In this document: positions 19,885 to 29,375 of the stretch, one piece after another
Layout of the letters: the number at the start of each line of letters is the position of its first letter
Numbering within the stretch: the stretch's first letter is position 1
DNA from: Trypanosoma brucei
Taxonomy: Eukaryota
Direction of reading: 5' to 3'
Assembly: GCA_000002445.1 (NCBI GenBank)
Contig: CH464491.1
Coordinates: 2,400,001 to 2,464,000 of the forward strand
Length of the DNA: 64,000 nucleotides
The notes under the pieces: model-generated
Database searches by the model: none
What the model saw: only the letters and a program-made list of their open reading frames with translations
Told to the model about the DNA's origin: nothing
Program-made: the position numbers and the translations under genes

Positions 19885-21069
19885 ATGGCTAACGTTAATA
19901 ACGAGACCACCGAATGTGGTGCATTGCTTTCGAATATCACTTCCCTACAGACGACGCTAACGTCTATGGGATGCCAAGTGCCCGCCTTGCATCATCACAC
20001 GCATGACCACGGCCACCATCACCATCATCATCATCATGACGATCACACCCACGGAGCGGACGACCACGAAGGTCACGGGCACAGTCACGGCGGGTGTGAA
20101 AGTGGTCATGGCACGTATTCCATTGGACTGCATGTTGTGGCGATCTTTGTTGTGTTGATTGCGTCGTTTCTGGGCACGCTGATACCGATAATCGGAAAGT
20201 ACGTGCCGGCACTGCGGCTTCCTCCGTTTGTGTTTGTCCTTGGCAAGTGCATTGCAGCTGGAGTGCTACTGTCAGTGTCGACTATCCACATGATTAATGA
20301 AGCTGTAGCGCAGCTACAGGAAGATTGTGTTCCGGAGTCGTTTCGCGAATCATATGAGGCATATGCATTTCTGTTTGCTGTGGCTGGAGCGTTGCTGTTG
20401 CACATGGTGGACGTCATTGTTGACGCACGTGTGACAAACAAGAGCGATTCCAGCACCAACAAACCTGAGGGTCAACCCGATGCCGAAGAAGCTCAAGCGG
20501 CCCCGGCCGCTCTTGATGCGTACGATGGTCATCACTGCCACTACGCTGTCGGCATGCCACAGTCGAGGACCAGACGCCTCGTCTCTGCAATGTTTATGGA
20601 GTTTGCGGTAACTGTGCACAGTGTGTTCATTGGGCTGGCAGTCGGTATCGCAAGGGATGCGGAGACCAAAACTTTACTTGTGGCTCTGGTTTTTCATCAG
20701 ATGTTGGAGGGCCTTGCTCTGGGCGCGCGTCTGGTGGATGCAGAGTTGAGCTTGAAGCTTGAAATGCTGTTTGCACTACTCTTCTCTGTCTCTGCGCCCC
20801 TGGGCACCGCAATTGCCGTTGGCACGATTGCGATTTGGAATGTGTCGATGGTAGGAACCGCGTTCGTGATTACACAGGCGGTCACCAGTGCTGTGTGTGG
20901 TGGGATGCTGCTGTACCTTGCTTTCTGCCTCATGTTGAGTGACTTCCCATCGGATATGCAGAAACATGCTGGGAAGGATAAGGTAAGGCGTTTCTTCAGA
21001 TGCTTTGGGATGTTTGCGGCTCTTTGGTTTGGCGCTGCGTTAATGGCCTTTATCGGAAAGTGGATCTAA
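19885..21069 (+). CDS. ZIP-family metal transporter, array copy (mosaic: N-terminus as previous copy, C-terminus as following copies)
   Basis: 394 aa and more than 98% identical to 17613..18797. It differs at the C-terminus (WFGAALMAFIGKWI versus WLGAALMAVLGKWV), which matches copies 21955 and 23992 instead. Confidence 0.88.
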   Translation: MANVNNETTECGALLSNITSLQTTLTSMGCQVPALHHHTHDHGHHHHHHHHDDHTHGADDHEGHGHSHGGCESGHGTYSIGLHVVAIFVVLIASFLGTLIPIIGKYVPALRLPPFVFVLGKCIAAGVLLSVSTIHMINEAVAQLQEDCVPESFRESYEAYAFLFAVAGALLLHMVDVIVDARVTNKSDSSTNKPEGQPDAEEAQAAPAALDAYDGHHCHYAVGMPQSRTRRLVSAMFMEFAVTVHSVFIGLAVGIARDAETKTLLVALVFHQMLEGLALGARLVDAELSLKLEMLFALLFSVSAPLGTAIAVGTIAIWNVSMVGTAFVITQAVTSAVCGGMLLYLAFCLMLSDFPSDMQKHAGKDKVRRFFRCFGMFAALWFGAALMAFIGKWI

Positions 21070-21954
21070 GCACCCACTGTTCATGTGTGTGCCAATGGAT
21101 TGCCCACTTCATTTTCTGTTTTCCTCGTACTCTTTTTCCAGCCCCCTTTTTCAGTTGTAATGATGCTCCCGCACGTGTGTTGCGTGGTCCGGTGAGCCAT
21201 TGTGCCCTACCTGTTGCATGCGTTAGAGTTGTTCTTGAGGTGTGCTTGTGCATGTACATACATATATGTATATGTATATATACGTGTGTGTGCTTAGTAC
21301 ATGTTTCCAAACATCTACCCTGCCTTCAGGAGGGACCCGCACGAGTACATACATGAGCAAATGTGCTCCGTTTTTTTGTTTTATAACATACAACTGTACT
21401 ACAAAGTTCAACTCAGTATACCTAAATTTCAGTGTTTTTTTTATTGTCAACGTTTTTTTCTCGTTTTAGCAATGCCCACCATCCTCGTTGTTACTCTACC
21501 GTGCTGGTGCGGGGGACGAAGCTGCAGACGCGTGGTGTACGAATATATGCATGCGTATGGATGTGTGTGCATGTGTTTCTGTGTGCGTCAATGCGCGTTT
21601 GAGTGTCTGCCTGCGCGTATATTTAAATAGTGATTTAGCGGATATCTGACTGTAGAGGGTACGACGGACGGGCTTATTTTTTACATCATATTTGTAGTCG
21701 TTTTTGTCGTTTTTCAATTATTTTTTGTTTTTTAAAAATATTCTTACAACATTTGTGTCTATGTACGCTCTCGCTAAGCATTCCTTCTTACCCTTTTTGC
21801 CCATTGATTCTTTTTCTATGTTTGCCGTCCCTTTTTCACCTTTTTCTTTTTGGTGTGTGTAGATACCATAAAGTGACAGTCAGGTTTCGGTTGGTGCTGC
21901 CTTAGCTAATCTCAGCAAAAACACACTTCCTCTTTTTGTGATACAGTCAGAGCG

Positions 21955-23106
21955 ATGGCTAACGTTAATAACGAGACCACCGAATGTGGTGCATTGCTTT
22001 CGAATATCACTTCCCTACAGACGACGCTAACGTCTATGGGATGCCAAGTGCCCGTCTTGCATCATCATCATCGTGACAATCACACCCACGGAGTGGTCGA
22101 CGATGGAATTGATGGAGACACTCACGGCGGGTGTGAAAGTGGTCATGGCACGTATTCCATTGGACTGCATGTTGTGGCGATCTTTGTTGTGTTGATTGCG
22201 TCGTTTCTGGGCACGCTGATACCGATAATCGGAAAGTACGTGCCGGCACTGCGGCTTCCTCCGTTTGCGCTTGTCCTTGGCAAGTGCATTGCAGCTGGAG
22301 TGCTACTGTCAGTGTCGACTATCCACATGATTAATGAATCTATTTTACAGCTACAGGAAGATTGTGTTCCGGAGTCGTTTCGCGAATCATATGAGGCATA
22401 TGCATTTCTGTTTGCTGTGGCTGGAGCGTTGTTAATGCAGATGGTGGACGTAATTGTGGATAAATATGTGACAAATAAGAGCGATTCCAGCACCAACAAA
22501 CCTGAGGGTCAACCCGATGCCGAAGAAGCTCAAGCGGCCCCGGCTGCTCTTGATGCGTACGATGGTCATCACTGCCACTACGCTGTCGGCATGCCACAGT
22601 CGAGGACTAAACGTCTCGTCGCTGCAATGTTTATGGAGTTTGCGGTAACTGTGCACAGTGTGTTTGTCGGGCTGGCAGTCGGTATCGCAAGGGATGCGGA
22701 GACCAAAACTTTACTTGTGGCTCTGGTTTTTCATCAGATGTTGGAGGGCCTTGCTCTGGGTGCGCGTCTGGTGGATGCAGAGTTGAGCTTGAAGCTTGAA
22801 ATGCTGTTTGCACTACTCTTCTCTGTCTCTGCGCCCCTGGGCACCGCAATTGCCGTTGGCACGATTGCGATTTGGAATGTGTCGATGGTAGGAACCGCGT
22901 TCGTGATTACACAGGCGGTCACCAGTGCTGTGTGTGGTGGGATGCTGCTGTACCTTGCTTTCTGCCTCATGTTGAGTGACTTCCCATCGGATATGCAGAA
23001 ACATGCTGGGAAGGATAAGGTAAGGCGTTTCTTCAGATGCTTTGGGATGTTTGCGGCTCTTTGGTTTGGCGCTGCGTTAATGGCCTTTATCGGAAAGTGG
23101 ATCTAA
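21955..23106 (+). CDS. ZIP-family metal transporter, array copy (short His-rich N-terminal segment)
   Basis: 383 aa. The N-terminal metal-binding stretch is shortened to HHHHRDNHTHGVVDDGIDGDTHGG. The cytosolic loop variant is LLMQMVDVIVDKYVTNK. The rest is near-identical to the other copies. Confidence 0.88.
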   Translation: MANVNNETTECGALLSNITSLQTTLTSMGCQVPVLHHHHRDNHTHGVVDDGIDGDTHGGCESGHGTYSIGLHVVAIFVVLIASFLGTLIPIIGKYVPALRLPPFALVLGKCIAAGVLLSVSTIHMINESILQLQEDCVPESFRESYEAYAFLFAVAGALLMQMVDVIVDKYVTNKSDSSTNKPEGQPDAEEAQAAPAALDAYDGHHCHYAVGMPQSRTKRLVAAMFMEFAVTVHSVFVGLAVGIARDAETKTLLVALVFHQMLEGLALGARLVDAELSLKLEMLFALLFSVSAPLGTAIAVGTIAIWNVSMVGTAFVITQAVTSAVCGGMLLYLAFCLMLSDFPSDMQKHAGKDKVRRFFRCFGMFAALWFGAALMAFIGKWI

Positions 23107-23991
23107 GCACCCACTGTTCATGTGTGTGCCAATGGATTGCCCACTTCATTTTCTGTTTTCCTCGTACTCTTTTTCCAGCCCCCTTTTTCAGTTGTAATGA
23201 TGCTCCCGCACGTGTGTTGCGTGGTCCGGTGAGCCATTGTGCCCTACCTGTTGCATGCGTTAGAGTTGTTCTTGAGGTGTGCTTGTGCATGTACATACAT
23301 ATATGTATATGTATATATACGTGTGTGTGCTTAGTACATGTTTCCAAACATCTACCCTGCCTTCAGGAGGGACCTGCACGAGTACATACATGAGCAAATG
23401 TGCTCCGTTTTTTTGTTTTATAACATACAACTGTACTACAAAGTTCAACTCAGTATACCTAAATTTCAGTGTTTTTTTTATTGTCAACGTTTTTTTCTCG
23501 TTTTAGTAATGCCCACCATCCTCGTTGTTACTCTACCGTGCTGGTGCGGGGGACGAAGCTGCAGACGCGTGGTGTACGAATATATGCATGCGTATGGATG
23601 TGTGTGCATGTGTTTCTGTGTGCGTCAATGCGCGTTTGAGTGTCTGCCTGCGCGTATATTTAAATAGTGATTTAGCGGATATCTGACTGTAGAGGGTACG
23701 ACGGACGGGCTTATTTTTTACATCATATTTGTAGTCGTTTTTGTCGTTTTTCAATTATTTTTTGTTTTTTAAAAATATTCTTACAACATTTGTGTCTATG
23801 TACGCTCTCGCTAAGCATTCCTTCTTACCCTTTTTGCCCATTGATTCTTTTTCTATGTTTGCCGTCCCTTTTTCACCTTTTTCTTTTTGGTGTGTGTAGA
23901 TACCATAAAGTGACAGTCAGGTTTCGGTTGGTGCTGCCTTAGCTAATCTCAGCAAAAACACACTTCCTCTTTTTGTGATACAGTCAGAGCG

Positions 23992-25155
23992 ATGGCTAAC
24001 GTTAATAACGAGACCACCGAATGTGGTGCATTGCTTTCGAATATCACTTCCCTACAGACGACGCTAACGTCTATGGGATGCCAAGTGCCCGCCTTGCATC
24101 ATCATCATCGTGACAATCACACCCACGGAGTGGTCGACGATGGAATTGATGGAGACACTCACGGCGGGTGTGAAAGTGGTCATGGCACGTATTCCATTGG
24201 ACTGCATGTTGTGGCGATCTTTGTTGTGTTGATTGCGTCGTTTCTGGGCACGCTGATACCGATAATCGGAAAGTACGTGCCGGCACTGCGGCTTCCTCCG
24301 TTTGCGCTTGTCCTTGGCAAGTGCATTGCAGCTGGAGTGCTACTGTCAGTGTCGACGATCCACATGATTAATGAATCTATTTTACAGCTACAGGAAGATT
24401 GTGTTCCGGAGTCGTTTCGCGAATCATATGAGGCATATGCATTTCTGTTTGCTGTGGCTGGAGCGTTGCTGTTGCACATGGTGGACGTCCTTTCTGGTTT
24501 TTGTGTTCGTCGGGATGAAATGGTTTATAGTGATACTTCGGCAGTTGTTCCGCATGAGGTTATCGATGCCGAAGAAGCTCAAGCGGCCCCGGCTGCTCTT
24601 GATGCGTACGATGGTCATCACTGCCACTACGCTGTCGGCATGCCACAGTCGAGGACTAAACGTCTTTTTTCTGCAATGTTTATGGAGTTTGCGGTAACTG
24701 TGCACAGTGTGTTTGTCGGGCTGGCAGTCGGTATCGCAAGGGATGCGGAGACCAAAACTTTACTTGTGGCTCTGGTTTTTCATCAGATGTTGGAGGGCCT
24801 TGCTCTGGGCGCGCGTCTGGTGGATGCAGAGTTGAGCTTGAAGCTTGAAATGCTGTTTGCACTACTCTTCTCTGTCTCTGCGCCCCTGGGCACCGCAATT
24901 GCCGTTGGCACGATTGCGATTTGGAATGTGTCGATGGTAGGAACCGCGTTCGTGATTACACAGGCGGTCACCAGTGCTGTGTGTGGTGGGATGCTGCTGT
25001 ACCTTGCTTTCTGCCTCATGTTGAGTGACTTCCCATCGGATATGCAGAAACATGCTGGGAAGGATAAGGTAAGACGTTTCTTCAGATGCTTTGGGATGTT
25101 TGCGGCTCTTTGGCTTGGCGCTGCGTTAATGGCCTTTATTGGAAAATGGATCTAA
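23992..25155 (+). CDS. ZIP-family metal transporter, terminal array copy with replaced cytosolic-loop segment
   Basis: 387 aa, with the same short His segment as 21955. Nucleotides 24489..24564 (76 nt) replace the 64-nt segment of the other copies in frame, giving LSGFCVRRDEMVYSDTSAVVPHEV instead of IVDxxVTNKSDSSTNKPEGQP. The reading frame is maintained. Confidence 0.85.
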   Translation: MANVNNETTECGALLSNITSLQTTLTSMGCQVPALHHHHRDNHTHGVVDDGIDGDTHGGCESGHGTYSIGLHVVAIFVVLIASFLGTLIPIIGKYVPALRLPPFALVLGKCIAAGVLLSVSTIHMINESILQLQEDCVPESFRESYEAYAFLFAVAGALLLHMVDVLSGFCVRRDEMVYSDTSAVVPHEVIDAEEAQAAPAALDAYDGHHCHYAVGMPQSRTKRLFSAMFMEFAVTVHSVFVGLAVGIARDAETKTLLVALVFHQMLEGLALGARLVDAELSLKLEMLFALLFSVSAPLGTAIAVGTIAIWNVSMVGTAFVITQAVTSAVCGGMLLYLAFCLMLSDFPSDMQKHAGKDKVRRFFRCFGMFAALWLGAALMAFIGKWI

Positions 25156-25194
25156 ATCTAAATTGTTTTGTGAATTTGTGTATATTTTAAATTC

Positions 25195-25292
25195 CTGTTT
25201 TTTTCTTTGTCTTTTTCTTTGTCTTTTTCTATGTTGCTTTTTTTTTTTGTTTTTCTTTTTTGTTTTTTTTTTAATGTTAGGTTTTTTATTGT
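25195..25292 (+). promoter_or_regulatory. Long T-rich polypyrimidine tract upstream of PDCD5 start
   Basis: About 95 nt of T/C (ttcctgtttttttctttgtctttttctttgtctttttctatgttgctttttttttttgtttttcttttttgtttttttttt) lies immediately before the AG/ATG at 25298. It also serves as the poly(A)-site determinant for the upstream ZIP copy under the coupled processing model (established knowledge). Confidence 0.5.
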
Positions 25293-25297
25293 CCACT

Positions 25298-25639
25298 ATG
25301 TCCCGTGTCCCTATTAGCGAAGAACAGGCACAACAGTTGCTGATGAAGCAACAAGCGCAGGAGGAAAAGCAGGAAGCAATGAGAGAACAGAAAGAAAGTA
25401 TTTTGCGCGCCGTTGTGTCTGCTGAAGGAAGGGAACGCCTGACCCGACTGAGTCAGGTGAAAGCTGATCGTGCAACAGCTGTGGAATCTTATATCATACA
25501 AGCTGTTCGCCAAGGCAAGCTACAACCGCCCGTTTCTGATGAAATGGTGCGGGAAATTCTTGAACAAATGTCTTCTCAGTCAGCGGAATCCAAGAGCAAT
25601 ATTGTGTTTGCCCGGAAACGCATGGATGACGATTGGTGA
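25298..25639 (+). CDS. PDCD5: PDCD5/TFAR19-family small dsDNA-binding protein
   Basis: 113 aa (MSRVPISEEQAQQLLMKQQ...ILRAVVSAEGRERLTRLSQVKADRATAVESYIIQAVRQGKL...IVFARKRMDDDW). It aligns along its length with the PDCD5 consensus as I remember it ([41 protein letters not shown]...). The ORF-caller model at 25139 starts inside a T-rich polypyrimidine tract (25195..25290). I choose ATG 25298 after that tract. Confidence 0.7.
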   Translation: MSRVPISEEQAQQLLMKQQAQEEKQEAMREQKESILRAVVSAEGRERLTRLSQVKADRATAVESYIIQAVRQGKLQPPVSDEMVREILEQMSSQSAESKSNIVFARKRMDDDW

Positions 25640-26454
25640 TTGGTTGTTTGGTCGTTTGGTTGGTGGCGTACATTTCTGTTTTATTAGGATTTTAATTTTG
25701 TAGTCTTTCTTAAGGTTTGTGTCCCCTATGTCTGGGTTTCATTTTTTTTTTTTACCCGACGAACTGTGCTGATGTCTCATGCTTTTGGGAATTCTTTTAG
25801 GTAATTATTCTGCTGATTTATTAGATAATGTTCCACGTCGTTGTTTCCCTCGTCCCTTACCACTTCTATTCTCTGCATCCCTCCATTGTGTTTCGTGGTT
25901 ATTCACTTATTTGCGTGTTAAGGTGGTAGTAGTTTTTTTTTCGGTTTGTTTTGTGGTTCAGGGTGTTGCCTGCATCCGTGCACTGGTGTGATGTGATTCG
26001 CGTGTGGTTGTGGGCTTGTGGATTGAAGGTGTGACAGAGTGGTGTTTTGCGTCCCGCTGCTTTTTATGTGTCTGCGTTGGACCATGCAGCTCTTTTATTT
26101 CTTGTGGTGGGGGCTGATGTCGGAAGGAAGCTGCCGTTTCTCGTTTCGAACCGGGCTTTGAGAGAGGCCGGGGCGCTGGTGTGGAATGAAGTGTTCTGGT
26201 GTTCTTTGGGACCTGCAAGATACCAAGAGGAGTGCGGCTGTGTTAATTCGCACTTAATTATTACTGTTTCTTAAGCTAGTTTTGTACAGGGTCACTTGCT
26301 GTTGCGTTTAAACGGTATTTGAACTCTCCTTTTCTGATCGTACATATTCATGGGAAGGGGAGGGGCGCTGAGAGAATCGTATTTGAGGTAATAGAAAGTG
26401 GTGAAGTGAAGGAAGCAGGAAAATACAGCGGAAAAACAGAGAGAGCGCTTAATA

Positions 26455-27648
26455 ATGCCTAAGCGCCACCGTCAGCCTGACGCTAGTTTTCTCACACCTC
26501 CGTCACATGCTTACTTGGAGCAAGTCATTGAGGACTACGGTGACTGCCACGAGGATTCGGACAGCTGTGCTAGTAACGAGTTCTTCAGCCGCAGGATGGG
26601 GGACGATGGAAACCATTCTTCTTCGGTAGCTAGCCTTACTGACTGTGATGCCACGTCATCTGACGCGAGCAGCGTCGATGACGATGAAGCGGATAGCGGC
26701 GATGTGACGGTTGTGGATGTTGACTTTGGCGTATTCGATATCAGGGAGCAGGATGTGAATGCCATCATGCACCTCATGGATCAGTTTTGTCCCGATAGGA
26801 TGAATGAGGTAGACCGAGAGGACTTAGGCACTGCGTTTCTGAAGAGCCCTTTCACATGCATTGTGAAGATCAGCAATGATTATGTCTGCAACGATGACAT
26901 CGCCAGCAGTGGGGGTGAGGAAGAGGGGGGAGTAGAGGAGGACGTCTATGGTGTGGCCAGTGTTCTCGACCTTGCTCACGATTCTCGGTTAGGTTCCCTG
27001 CTGAATCTGTTGAAAACTGATGTCTGGCGCACGGTATCCCCAGGGGTTCTCCCAACGGAACTCCTCACAACGCTTGAAGAAAAAACAGGCCGAGCGAAAT
27101 GTGTTTTTCTCGTTGGTGAGTACATTCGCAACGTCCCGCTGGAGTTAACCTCCCATATTCTGACTGACCTCGCAAAACGCTTTGAGGAAACCTTCGGAAG
27201 AAGGGTAGAAGAGAATCTTAAGTCGAAGCAGGGGAAAGACGTAATTCATGCGACGTTCCCCTGTATTTTTGCTGTCCTTTCCAAGATTCAACGGGCGACC
27301 GACAGTCCTAGTGCTGATACAGGTGCCGAGGCATCAGCCGCAGACCGTAAAGAAGGCAGAGATAAATCGTTACCTCAAAAGAGGAAGAAACGAACAGTGA
27401 CTCAACAACATGAGGAGTTGGACATGAAGCGATATGTTTTTTGGCGTGAAGAGGATTCTGTGCTCTACGAGTTCAGGGAGAAACATGTTGCGGTTGTGGC
27501 GTACCGTTGTCGTCCACAATACGACATGCAACCGGAGAACGACATTCCCATATCCATACTCTACGCCATTACATACAAGGGGTTGCAGGAAGCAATAGCT
27601 GAGATAAAGAAACGTGAAACTGCGCGGGCCAGTGTGCTGCATTACTGA
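26455..27648 (+). CDS. BCCIP/BCP1-like protein (acidic N-terminus)
   Basis: 397 aa. The Asp/Ser-rich N-terminal region is followed by VVDVDFGVFDIREQDVNAIMHLMDQF, which resembles the conserved (I/V)xVDFEFFDPxxxDFhGIKxLLxQ block of BCCIP/BCP1. Further weak matches are EEDVYGVASVLDL and GEYIRNVPLEL. This is a family-level guess from memory. Confidence 0.5.
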   Translation: MPKRHRQPDASFLTPPSHAYLEQVIEDYGDCHEDSDSCASNEFFSRRMGDDGNHSSSVASLTDCDATSSDASSVDDDEADSGDVTVVDVDFGVFDIREQDVNAIMHLMDQFCPDRMNEVDREDLGTAFLKSPFTCIVKISNDYVCNDDIASSGGEEEGGVEEDVYGVASVLDLAHDSRLGSLLNLLKTDVWRTVSPGVLPTELLTTLEEKTGRAKCVFLVGEYIRNVPLELTSHILTDLAKRFEETFGRRVEENLKSKQGKDVIHATFPCIFAVLSKIQRATDSPSADTGAEASAADRKEGRDKSLPQKRKKRTVTQQHEELDMKRYVFWREEDSVLYEFREKHVAVVAYRCRPQYDMQPENDIPISILYAITYKGLQEAIAEIKKRETARASVLHY

Positions 27649-28229
27649 GTTGACGTTGTCAAGGAATTGGGGCTCCTCCTCGATGGTTGAGCGGCCTTTG
27701 CGTTTCCCATCCACTTATGTACGTGGGCGTGTGCCCGTCTGCTTCAACTAACGTCCCTTTTTTAAAAAAATAGAATAGTGACGCGGCTTCAATATTCATA
27801 CCGGAATATTGTGATTGACGAAGCGGCCTTTGGATGTGCGAATGGCTTTCGCTGGGCGCTTGCGATTTGTATATTCCCCCCTCAGTCACTAACTCTCACA
27901 GTCAGGCGTGAATAAACAACAGGAGATTTGCCGCCCATGCGAGCAACTAAGTGGGGAAAGAAGGGAGTTTGGATGCTTAACATTGATCGTGAAGAGCATA
28001 AAAACGAGAACCAAGAAATATTACTGTTATATATATTTTTTCATCCCACTGCCTAGTTTGTCCACCTTCATTTATTTCTCATGTAACTGCGTGCACATGC
28101 ATGCGACTATACTTTTAGTGGCCGCGCCTTGGTGAGAGTTGCAGAACAAGACTGGAGAAGGCAAGTGCTGCAGGCCATCTTTCCAGCATCAGCCCGCTTG
28201 TTGCCTGTGCGTCGAAAAATTGTTTTCCG

Positions 28230-29375
28230 ATGGCATCGGCAGTGGTGGGATTAACCGGTGATGACCTTGTTCAGCGTATACTTATGTCCAAAGGGGAGGC
28301 AGCGATCCTATTCGGCAACAATGCTCTGCTTGAAGAAGGGGCGCTGAAAAAGGCGTATAAGCTCATGGCATTGCGCACCCATCCCGACAAGAATCCTCAT
28401 CCTAGTGCACATGAAGCCTTTCAGTTAGTGCAACAGGCGTTTGAAACGGCACTCAGGCCCCTGCAGTCCAAACCAGATCCACGGGAATCAAAACCAGCCC
28501 CAACATCAGCGAGACCGGCAACTGCAGCAAGGACAGCAAAGCCGCCATCGTCGGCTGGGGGTCCCCCGCCACCACCTTCATGGTGGAAACCCCCAGTGCC
28601 ATCACCGACGACTCCCACAAGCAGCAGTCATTCAGCGAACGATAGTCGAGCTCAACACCGCCGTCCGACAGAGAGTGGTGAACACCGTTCGTTTCGGGAT
28701 GATTTCGCGGAGGTACCGCTACCCCCGGACATCTTCAACAAGTTTGACGGCGACACTTCTCATCCACTGTCACCACCACCATCAGTGGCGAAGCGGGCCA
28801 AACCACTTCCCACTTTTGATGTATCAGGTAGCGACGACGATGGCGTTGAGGCGGAGAAACAAGGGACCTCGCGAGTAAGATCGCATTTTGCTGGGCAGCG
28901 GCAAACACCTGGTTCACACAAACCCGGTGCCAACGGCGGGAAACAGCGGTCAGTTCCTTGTAGTTTAAAGGAGCTTTTCGGGATGTTTGATATATCAGAT
29001 GATGATAATGATGATTTGATTAGTATACCGATTTCCTCTCCTACTGCTGGCGCGTCCCGTCACCCTTCGACGACGCAACCCGCACAAATGCGTGGAAAGC
29101 AATCCACGTTCGGTAGAAGACAAAATGCTTTTACTGCCGACACTCCTAGCAGGGGGCAGAAAAATGTGTCGTGTCCATTTTGCTCAGCGGGGGAGTTCCC
29201 GGCACATGTTGTATCAACTGTGGTGTGTTCTTCTTGCAGTGCTCGCTTTGTGCCCGCTGGTGTAAGGGAAATGAGTACCAGCTCCAAAGGAGTAAGATCC
29301 GGTGCGAAAGCATACCGTGGTGATCTGTGTGCGTGTGGGAAAGCAAGTAAGGGGTCATGTTTTCTTTGTGAGTGA
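28230..29375 (+). CDS. J-domain (DnaJ/Hsp40-like) protein with Pro-rich linker and C-terminal Cys-rich putative zinc-binding region
   Basis: The N-terminal J domain has the HPD tripeptide (KKAYKLMALRTHPDKNPHPSAHEAFQLVQQAFE). A proline-rich stretch follows (GGPPPPPSWWKPPVPSPTTP). The C-terminus has CPFCS...CSSCS...CACGKASKGSCFLC. Confidence 0.75.
   Translation: MASAVVGLTGDDLVQRILMSKGEAAILFGNNALLEEGALKKAYKLMALRTHPDKNPHPSAHEAFQLVQQAFETALRPLQSKPDPRESKPAPTSARPATAARTAKPPSSAGGPPPPPSWWKPPVPSPTTPTSSSHSANDSRAQHRRPTESGEHRSFRDDFAEVPLPPDIFNKFDGDTSHPLSPPPSVAKRAKPLPTFDVSGSDDDGVEAEKQGTSRVRSHFAGQRQTPGSHKPGANGGKQRSVPCSLKELFGMFDISDDDNDDLISIPISSPTAGASRHPSTTQPAQMRGKQSTFGRRQNAFTADTPSRGQKNVSCPFCSAGEFPAHVVSTVVCSSCSARFVPAGVREMSTSSKGVRSGAKAYRGDLCACGKASKGSCFLCE

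Larger units (their letters stand above)
16334..25155 (+). repeat. Tandem array of about 2.27-kb and 2.04-kb units, each carrying one ZIP transporter gene plus spacer (four full units plus leading 3' fragment)
   Basis: Unit 16334..18605 equals unit 18606..20877, near-identical over 2272 bp. Units 20878..22914 and 22915..24951 are 2037 bp with a different spacer. The six-frame track shows the same spurious ORFs repeated with identical sequences (for example 16456..16761 = 18728..19033, and 16785..17198 = 19057..19470). Confidence 0.9.
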
